Source: Cenococcum geophilum (lineage: Eukaryota). Taken from it: 64,000 nt of DNA. The position numbers were made by a program, and so were the translations under genes. The notes under the pieces are model-generated. The model saw only the letters and a list, made by a program, of their open reading frames with translations. It ran no database searches and was not told the DNA's origin. The DNA is taken from positions 11,408,001 through 11,472,000 of the forward strand of contig CP158636.1 in assembly GCA_050273025.1 (NCBI GenBank), written 5' to 3'. Shown piece by piece: positions 55,501-64,000 of this stretch. Each line of letters starts with the position of its first letter. The stretch's first letter is position 1.

Positions 55501-58500
55501 CTATACCGCCGCTTTAGCTACCCGTTAGCCGAAAAGCTATATAGAGTCCTTAAACGCTCTGGACACAATGACGTTAATAGGAAGGCAGTTAACTACCTAA
55601 CTAAATACTGCTCCTTCTACTAGAAATACGGACGTTCCCTAGGCCGATTTAAGTTTACTCTTTATAAAGACCTTAATTTTAACCACTTAGTGTATATAGA
55701 CATTATATATATTAACGGCAGCCTAGTATTACACATAATTAACGAGGTAACCCGCTATTAAGCCGCCCGTTAGTTGCAAAATATATCTATAAAATATACT
55801 TAGGATATATTACGGACCTACTAGATTAATATATACGTTGGACCCCCTAAGTATATTACCTACGACACCAATAGGAACTTTATTAGCAAGGAATTCCAGC
55901 AGTATGCTATGGCTATAGCTATATTAACAAAAGCTGTCCTAGTTAAGGCGCATTAGTCCATTAGGCTTATTAAATAAGCTTACCTAGCCTTACGGAAAGC
56001 TTACTAGATTATTATAGATAAATATAAGGATATCTAAAAGGAACTAGCTCTATAGATAGCCGTAAAAGCTATTAATAATACCGCTAGCCCTAACGAATTA
56101 GTACCTACCCTCTTAGTCTACGGAGCTTACCCAAGGATAAGTAACCTAGGCCCTTTTACCCTATCTATTACGGAACGAGTAGCTATAATACGGAAGGTAA
56201 TGGCCGAAATAGTTAAATTACGGGCTAAATAAGCTGTTAATAGCGCCCTATATTACCGTAACGGACCTAGCACAACCTTAGTTTATAACCTCCCGCTTAA
56301 TTCTAAAGTCCTCATATGGCGTAAAAGCGGCAACTAGACCAGACCTTATCGTCTACTAGCTGTAGAAGACGAGACATACTGCGTATAACTCCCTAGCGGC
56401 CCGACCAGCTTTAGGAACACGTCTATAAAACCCTACTTTCGGCCTAAAAACACCTATGACGCCGAACTAAACGAACCAGAAGCGACCGCCGAATTAGATA
56501 AACTAGAAGCACCCTTACCTACCCTAGAAGTCCCCTAGAAACCCACTAAACCTACTAAACCTACCGTAAAGCGTGGTTAAGGACGCCCCTAAAAGCACCC
56601 TATAACTAAAAACACTATAATAGAAAATTACCTAACCTCCGCAGGAATATCCGTAAGGCAATCTCCGCCTATAGATATATTAGTTTTAGTATAGGAAACC
56701 CTGTTTATAGACTTACGACGTAAAGAGATTAACGGACTACTTAAAAAGGGTATCTTTATGGTTATAACGGAGAGAGATATTCCGCAAGGCGTCCGTATAT
56801 TTAATTCACGCTTTATTAACAAAATTAAGCACCCTAGTACTAATAAAGCTTTTAAAAAATTAAGACTTATTATATAAGCCTATAACGACTAAGGGAAGGG
56901 CTTAGTTCTTATGCAATTGCCTACAATTTAACGAGTCAGCTAACGGATTATACTTATACTTACGCCTGGACTACAGCAAAGCAAACCTATAGCCCTTTAC
57001 CTATAGGATATCTCGTAAGCCTATATGCAGTCTAACACCTATCTAAGTAGAGATATCTTTATATAACTACCCTGTGAGCTTAACCTATAACTAGAAACAA
57101 TTTTATAGGTTATAAAACCTCTTTATAGAGTACCGGAAGCTAGAAACCACTAGTTTAAGATATACTACTAGCACTATATTAGTAAACTTAAAATGGAATA
57201 GTTAACCTACAACCCCTACCTCCTATACAGCCTATTAAACGGCCTTAGTATTATTAGACTCTAAATAGACAATACCCTATTCTTAGCAGACCAGACCTTT
57301 ACGGATACTAAAGAAACTAAACTATAAAAGGCTAAGTTCTTAGTAAAGCCGTAAGAGCAGTTAACTAAGCAAAATCCAATTAAGTTTAATAAAGGCCTAA
57401 TTATATAAAAGGGCAACCTAATTAAGCTAACTTAGGAACGCCAAGCTTAAAACCTAAAGCCTATTATAGTAAAGCCTATAGACCTTACTAGCTCCTATAA
57501 AGAGACCTATAAAACCATAAATATAAAGGACTAATACGCTATATAGCGTGCAAGAGGCGCCTATATTGCCATAGTCTGCCAACCTAAATCTGCCTACAAT
57601 TTATCCTTTATGGCCCAGGCAGTAGATCCGCAAGAAGAAAATATTAAGCAGCTTAATAAGCACATTTAATAGTAGATCAATAATGCGATAAAAGGACTTA
57701 CTTTCGTACCACTAGACCTAAATTCCCTTAGCCTACTAGTATTTATAGACGCCTCCTTTGCTAATAATAGGGACCTATTATTACAAATTAGCTTTATAAT
57801 TGTACTTACGGACCGTAATTAGGACGCAAATATACTATACTAGTCTTTAATTAAGTGTAAATAAGTAACCCGAAGTATACTAGCTTCTAAACTATATACA
57901 CTAGCCTATGGCTTTAATATAGCAGCCGCAATCAAATTAACAGTCTAGAAGATCCTATAACTGGAGTAGTTACCCCTAATCTTATGCACCGATTTAAAGT
58001 CCCTCTACGACTGCTTAGTTAAGCTAGGTATAACATAAGAGAAGAGGCTTATAGTTGACCTAATGTGCTTACGTTAAGCCTATGAACGACGCGAGATTAC
58101 AAAGGTTAAATAAATCAGCGGCGGAAATAACCTAGTAGACGCTATGACTAAGGCAAAGCCGTATTAAGCCCTTAAAACCCTAATCGACACGAATAAGCTT
58201 AACCTAGAAGTTATGGAATAGGTGGAACGAGACTAACGGAGCATCTATGGTACGTCTACGGCCCGTTGGAAGGCCGTACGACTTATACGGCCTATTATTC
58301 TGCCACGGTGGTCGAATTAACCAATCACGATTTTCTATCCCTGGGATAGAAAATCGCCATTAGCTCGCTTAGCACTAGCGCCTTAACGGCCCTTAAGATC
58401 TAACTTATGACTCGTCTACTGCCTGTTAAAAGGCCGTACGGTTCATTTTACGGACCGTAAGCAGAACTTACAGCCAGCTTGGGGCACCGTTTGGAAGGCA

Positions 58501-58886
58501 GCCTAGACGGCACCTCGGGGGAGATTTCCTATGTATTTTCCTTTATGTTTTATGGTTTTATTAAAGCAATTACGGAGGCTGTACATAGGTGGTTTTATTT
58601 TTCAAGTACCGCCAGTGTATAATTACAGCACCTGTTGTACCAACCGCGTGCTTACGCGTTCGGTATACCAGGTACGCGTTTACGCGTTCAGTGCACCAAC
58701 CACTCGCTTACGCGTCTGGTGCACTTATAAAGCACTAACTAATTAGGGGGGAGGTGCATCAGTATATAGACCACGTAGTCTGCTTTATACAATCGACAGT
58801 TACTATTATCCAAAAGAGCATACGATACTATATATATTTCGTGCCCCTAGATCTGACTCACTCGTGCTATTAAGTTAGTACGAACA
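52541..58886 (+). mobile_element. Full-length Copia G3 (6346 bp), gag-pol relic 53254-58236
   Basis: 271-bp LTRs 52541-52811 and 58616-58886 (TGTATA...AACA); TSD GCAAG on both sides; KCFVCGKEG, RIFNSRF, KPLY(G)VPEA(G)NH, FIDASFANNRD. Confidence 0.97.
58320..58365. repeat. Dyad module CGATTTTCTATCCC-T-GGGATAGAAAATCG in the 3' UTR of Copia G3
   Basis: Perfect 14-bp arms; lies between 28-bp direct repeats (58253-58280, 58413-58440); absent from G2. Confidence 0.85.
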
Positions 58887-60023
58887 GCAAGATTTATATC
58901 TCCCAAATACCTTAGGTATTCTTTTATTTTTATTTAAGTTAGAATTACCCTAAAGAAAGTTAGTTTTATTAAAATATATAAGAAATAAACTAGATTTCTT
59001 ATATCCTAAAAACCCTTTTTTATATACTATAGCTCCAGAATTAATTCCTAGGTAAAGTAAGAAATTAAATTACTAATATTAGAATTTTTAATAATATACT
59101 TCGTAATTATAGCTATAAGGAAGTTTCTTAACCTCCTTAGTACTATTAATCTTACCATTAGTAGGCATTTTCTAAAAAAATATTAAATTAGTTTTATTTA
59201 TTAGAAAAATGGTAAAATTATATAGCATTTTAAATGTAATAAGTATAGCACCTAGGATCTACGTCTTTGTACCCCTAGAAACCAGCTTTAAAATATTAAA
59301 AAAACTAAGAAAAAATAGAATATTTCTTACCTTAATTTCTCCTTAAGGTCTTTATCTTGTTCTTCCTAGATAGAATTAGTATATTCTTAAAACTACTTAA
59401 AAAAAATATACCTTTAATAGCTTTCTAAATAACCATCTTTTTTAGTATACTGCCTTTTTAGTAGTAAGGATGGCAGTAGCATTAGCAGATTTAATACCCA
59501 AAATTTAAAATAATTCTTAGAAAAAATAAGAAGAAAAAAAAAATAGGCAAAACTATAAGTCTATTAAGTAAGAGGCTGTATATAGAATAATTCTTTCTAG
59601 CGAGAAAGAAAGCCTAAGATATCAGAAAATCCGATAATTAAGTTATTGCTATAGTAAAAAACCGAGAAAAAATTTCCTAAAAAAAATTAAAGTTATTAAT
59701 TTAAAGCTAATATATTAGAATAATTAAGAAACTAATAAGCGATATAATATAAAACTAAGAAAGGAAAAAAGAGATCTTTATAAATTTAAAAATATAGTTT
59801 TAAAGGACTTTTTTTTCTAAAAATATATAAAAATCATATAACCTTAAAACTACTTACTTAGGAGGCATTTTTAAAGCTCTGGAAGAGTTAGTAGATTGGA
59901 AATCTAGTATATAAGTTAGTATATAACGTATATAGCTAATATAGAGCTCTAGCTTACTTAATTTTTGCTCATTAATTAAGCGTTAAGGTGTTTAAGATTG
60001 AAGAGCTTAATTGAGAGTGAAGT

Positions 60024-60242
60024 TATCTAGGGCGCCAAGACCTCGCGTATGCTAGGCCGTTTCGGGTCTGGCGCCCCCGACCGTCCGCGCCTGGACGGTT
60101 ACCATCCAAGAAGAAGAGAAAGGAATAGCGCGAGAATCTTATAATTAAATAGTTAGTGGTCTTGGTGGTCAATGCGTGCGCACGTTCGCACGAGGTCTTC
60201 GACGAACTTCGGTTGAATTCGATTGATCTGGCAGAACTTGGC
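60024..60242 (-). mobile_element. Barely RIPed LTR remnant related to the family A LTR
   Basis: 60110-60240 aligns with ~836-965 (AAGAAGAGAAAGGAAT...TATAATTAAATAGTTAG...GCGTGCG...AATTCGATT.ATCT.GCAGAA) and keeps TG/CA where the A copies have TA. Ends uncertain; no TSD seen. Confidence 0.75.
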
Positions 60243-60396
60243 ATTGCCTCTCCAGGAAGGTTTCATGCCGATCTTAAGGCTTAAAACTTTGCCATATACA
60301 ATACCCCGCCGAATTCTGCGACTTCTGCATAATATACAGCTGCACCCGCATCAGCGAATACGGTTTTGAGAGAAAATCAATGCCATTTGGTCAGCG

Positions 60397-62411
60397 TCAA
60401 TCACTAAAGCCCTGAAATTCCTCTTCGTCCTTCGCGGCTTGTTGTTTAACTTGTTGAATCAATCCCTGAAGCTCTCTTTCTTTCTCACGTTCTGCAGGAG
60501 TCATCTTCTGTAGTCGCTCATTCTCCCTTCTAGCCTTTTTCTTCTTTCTCCGTACCTCTCTCTCGGCTTTTTGGTCTTTCTTCTGACTCCAGGCATTGGC
60601 CTTTCTGTCTTTACTCATCCCAGCGGATACCTTTGAATTGGAGGCTACTTCACTCTTGGCCGCGTTATTCAACTCCTGCTTACGCAACTTTTCTCGTTGC
60701 TTATCTTTGTACGCGTAATTTTTGAAATCAATACCGACTCCTAGGCTCTTATCACCTTCCCACTTCTTAAGTTCAGGCATTTTGGGAAGCTTTAAGAGTC
60801 CCCATGCATGGCCTAATTCATCCCATTTCAAGTCTGTGACACGGAAAATACTACTTGCGGCGTGCTTGCTGTACGCCTGTACCCAGCTTACAAAGCCTCT
60901 TTGTGCTTTGTTATGCAACGCTCGATCCTGTCGTACGAGATTCCGAATCTGCTCTGTGGCCTTTTCGGCATCAAGATCAGATATTGATATTACTGGGTAT
61001 GAGAGGGGCGTGATTGGTGTTTTTCGAACATTCAAAAAAGCAATGTAGTCTTCCTCACGCCCCGGAGTTAAAAAGGTGACCGCAAGTCCTTTCCTTCCAG
61101 CTCGACCGGCGCGACCACAACGGTGCAGGAAGGCTTTTGGGTCGCTTGGAGGATCCAGTTGAACGACCAAATCGATAGAAAAAATATCTAGCCCACGAGC
61201 AGCTACATCAGTCGTTACTAGAAATGCTGGCGTGATAGAATCCACGAACCGAGTGAAATTTTTCCGGCGAACTTGTGGAGGATGCTTTCCATGTAAAGGA
61301 ACAATGGTAAAGCTAGGAAGGAGGGACGGGAGTATGTGTTGGAAATAGTCTACAGCGGCGCAAGTCGCAAGGTAAACGATGGACTTTTGAGGTGTAGGAG
61401 TCAGACTACCCAATAAAGACACAAGGGACGGAAGTTTGTGGGTTGGCGGCGTTAAGAGGTATGATAGTTGCAGACTCGCTGGAGTTCGCTTATCTGAGGC
61501 CCCTGAAGCTGATCTGACCTTGACTGCAATGCGAACCGGATTTCGGAGGCCAACACGCACAATCTGATCTACGGCTTCGCTAACGCTAGCGCTGAAAAGG
61601 CCCGTCCGCCGCTGCTTAGGTAGACGTTGTAGTATTTTCTGCAAATCATCCTTGAATCCCAGATCTAGGAGTCTGTCTGCCTCATCCATCACCAATACCT
61701 CGAAGGAGGACTGCGGACAATGCACGTGAGGCGAAGATAATAGCTCAAGAAGTCGACCAGGAGTAGCAATTAGCATATTCGGAGATGTCTTGAGGAAGGA
61801 GCTGAGGTCTTGAGCAGGAGTGGTCGTTCCTCCAAGAAGTAACTGCGGCACAATTTTCAGTGCCGAGGCTAGAAATTTAGGCGCAACTACAGCGTCCTCT
61901 CCAGTATCCATATTCACATCTTCATCTAGTGGTTTCAATGCTTCGGACGAGGGAGCGTGGAAGGCGAGTAGAGAGAGAAGGACGGAATGTATTTGCGTTG
62001 CTAGCTCCCTATGTTCGGTCAGATAACCAGGTTATGGCTTCATAGATAGCAATACTTCTAACCTTGTGGGAGATACAATAATTGCACCTACATGGTGCTT
62101 TTTTATGGGTTCTTCGAGGCGGAGGAGTCTTTCAACAACAGGAATGAGGAATGCGAGAGTCTTGCCACTGCCAGTCACCGCCTTGGAGAAAAGTCATTAG
62201 CTGCCCATGCACAAGCAAGCGTCTGAATTACCTCAACCACGACATCTTTGTGGCCCATGAACAGAGGGATAGTGCTAGCCTGCACCGGGGTCATTCGGGT
62301 GAAGCCCATAGTAGAGACGGCATCAAGGATCCATTCCGAGAGTGAAGGCGTAAGTGCTTCCCAGGCCCTTGAGGCGCCTTTTGGAGGGTCTAATTTCGGC
62401 TCCGGAGCCAT
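60397..62411 (-). CDS. SPB4: ATP-dependent rRNA helicase Spb4 (DDX55), 636 aa; exons 62232-62411, 62063-62181, 60397-62008
   Basis: Q motif [45 protein letters not shown], Spb4 C-terminus ([11 protein letters not shown]...YAYKDK); GT-AG introns 62182-62231 and 62009-62062 keep the frame. Confidence 0.96.
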
Positions 62412-63091
62412 GATAATTGGCGTATGAGGCATACATAGCTTTTTCGTAGTGTTGCACCGAGAAATAAATTTCTTATCGGATCGCTATCAGCACGTGGGCG
62501 CCTCGAAAAGCCCGATGTCTGTGCCTGGGGGCCTCGGGCTTGGCGGCGAGGGATGCTCTGAGACCATTCCCCTCCACAAAGCTTTTATTAAAAAAATTCG
62601 ATTTTATCAGAAACATTACCTCTCTCTCACCTGTATATTCGCAAATTTGTCTAGTTTTGCTTACTAACTGGGCCCCGGCCAAGACGGAGAACGTGGCACG
62701 CGCGGTCCGGAGTGGCAGGCATAAAAAAATCGCCAGCCCAAGTCCAAGTTCATCATCACCCGCGTGGCCTCTCCCTTCACCACCCGCACCACCCACCACA
62801 AGGGGCGCTCTCCTCTCCACCTCCACTGTGGCCAATACTCTTTCAATAGACGATGCTGCACAACACGCTTCATCGTCCCTGACTCTGGCTCCCTCGCTCC
62901 CAATAAGTCGTTCGACATTTGACGCATCAGATGCATCCACTGTTGTAATCAATTTACAAGGCGCAGAATCATCTGTCGACCACAGCCTCCTCTCCCACGT
63001 CGCGTACTTCTGTTCGCGTGCGCGCTGCACACTTACTGGCTTCATCCGAACCCCTCCTCTCCCCTCCTTCACCGACTGCTGGCGGCAAGCC
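62412..63091. promoter_or_regulatory. Divergent SPB4/DGK1 promoter region with ribosome-biogenesis-like motifs
   Basis: Minus-strand CGATAAG next to AAATTT (62466-62478; PAC-variant/RRPE-like), CACGTG at 62491-62496, AAAAAAATT near 62589-62598; pyrimidine-rich tract before the DGK1 ATG. Motif function is inferred. Confidence 0.45.
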
Positions 63092-64000
63092 ATGGCTTCC
63101 TCAGCCCAGTACGAAATACCGCGCACACCAAGAGTAATATCGCCCTCACCCACACCCTCAGAGACCGGCTCCAGAGATGGCTACTTTGGTCCCGTCACCC
63201 GGTCCGCTGCTCGCGCGAACCGGCGCGTAACTTCCCCGCCCCCGATCAGTGAGGATAGCTCGGGTTCAGACCCGGAGAAGCGTGCGCGAGCGCGGAGCAG
63301 GAGTCCAATACTCGAGGGTAGGAGGAGGCGCATGAGCGGGTTGACCGCTATGAACTCGAAATCAGGAACAGCTTCCAAGGCAGCCGGCAAAAAAGCAAAT
63401 TTGAGTCTTACAAACAGCACCATAAATGGCCATCTTTCCCCCGCAGCTGCAAACAAGAATTACTGGCGGGAAATGAGCCGGAGCCCTAGCCCGCTTGGTT
63501 TAATCCCGATCCACCAGAAATGGCGGTCTTTCGTACGTGCACCCCGCCTTATTCCTCATATGAACGATAACTGATAAGAAATATAGATTCACCGCCATGA
63601 AATTCCCCGCAAGATCCTCCATGTCTCCATCGGCTTCCTAACGATATATTTATACTGCACTGGCACGCAAACGTCTCAAATTCATCCAGTGCTCTTTGCT
63701 CTCCTCGTTCCGATTGCGGCAACCGATGTCATCCGGCATCGGTACCCCTCAGTCAATCGCTTCTACATCCGATGCTTAGGCGCTTTCATGCGTGAATCCG
63801 AAGTTGATGGTTGGAACGGCGTAATTTCGTACCTTCTTGGTGCATGGATCGTCCTGCGTTTCGTCCCAAAAGATGTTGGCGTTATGAGCGTCCTCCTCCT
63901 CAGTTGGTGCGACACTGCAGCCTCGACTTTTGGGAGACTCTGGGGCCACCGCACATGGCGTGTGAGGCGCGGAAAGAGCTTAGCAGGCAGCATTGCTGCG
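63092..64000 (+). CDS. DGK1: CTP-dependent diacylglycerol kinase (cytidylyltransferase family); exons 63092-63532 and 63587 to beyond 64000 (partial)
   Basis: Ser/Arg/Pro-rich N-terminus; intron 63533-63586 (GTACGT..TAG); then IHRHEIPRKILHVSIGF...MRESEVDGWNGVISYLLG...LLSWCDTAASTFGR...KSLAGSIAA, the Dgk1 signature motifs. Confidence 0.93.

Larger units (their letters stand above)
52200..59200 (+). pseudogene. Unidentified degenerate ORF interrupted by Copia G3
   Basis: Frame continues across the G3 TSD: ...NMLEKTRIKYLFNGEST...KGK(W)AR|FISPKYLRYSFI...; extreme A/T runs; boundaries approximate. Confidence 0.4.
1..60020. other. AT-rich, RIP-degenerated nested-transposon block (AT isochore)
   Basis: Visible TpA excess and CpA/TpG depletion; no long ORFs in 60 kb; paired LTRs and repeat copies differ almost only by C/T and G/A transitions; abrupt switch to GC-balanced DNA near 60.0-60.3 kb. 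Confidence 0.95.

Noticed and set aside
26037..58746. Short ORF-track calls inside the AT block (26037, 26882, 30881, 36829, 56628, 58531)
   Set aside because: They are antisense shadows of RIPed pol frames or span LTR junctions; Ile/Leu/Tyr-rich composition is a RIP artefact. Not effector candidates.
14454..58886. Assigning named families (e.g. Pholy, Olly, Polly) or a species
   Set aside because: Architecture is similar, but identity cannot be verified without alignment.
60023..60244. 73-aa ORF downstream of SPB4
   Set aside because: Lies within the LTR remnant; no protein features.
62540..63091. 184-codon upstream extension of the DGK1 ORF
   Set aside because: Starts at a non-ATG codon and crosses promoter-like DNA; GCCATGG at 63092 is a strong start context.
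60722..63993. ORFs overlapping SPB4 or DGK1 on other frames or strands (60722, 61820, 62151, 62449, 62473, 62664, 63181, 63763)
   Set aside because: Shadow ORFs in GC-balanced DNA opposite well-supported genes or within the promoter.

Overview
Filamentous ascomycete (probably Dothideomycete-like) genomic DNA with two compartments. Positions 1 to ~60,020 are an AT-rich block saturated with RIP-type mutation (CpA->TpA, TpG->TpA; Gln/Trp/Arg codons turned to TAA/TAG) and built almost entirely of nested transposons. I can resolve three complete chromodomain Gypsy elements (A and B inside C, C inside a B-family relic), two complete and one truncated Copia of one family, a Tad1-like LINE, a Helitron2/Helentron-type RepHel (PIF1) remnant, a pogo/Tigger fragment, two MITEs and a solo LTR. 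Two junctions (~11,240 and ~36,258) fuse half-elements. The block also holds RIP-killed, intron-containing non-TE genes (~2.9-4.0 kb, and an exon+intron tandem array at 5.2-5.9 kb) and an unidentified ORF around 52-59 kb. From ~60,250 the DNA is GC-balanced and carries two intact divergent housekeeping genes: SPB4 (DEAD-box rRNA helicase, 3 exons) and DGK1 (CTP-dependent diacylglycerol kinase, runs off the window). The most notable observations are a 46-bp dyad module shared by the 3' UTRs of unrelated Gypsy and Copia elements, a spliced antisense Zn-cluster-like ORF in Gypsy B, ACGCGT (MCB-like) arrays in the Copia LTRs, and possible mutational leakage into SPB4. De-RIPed residues (in parentheses) are my manual inference. 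No database searches were run.
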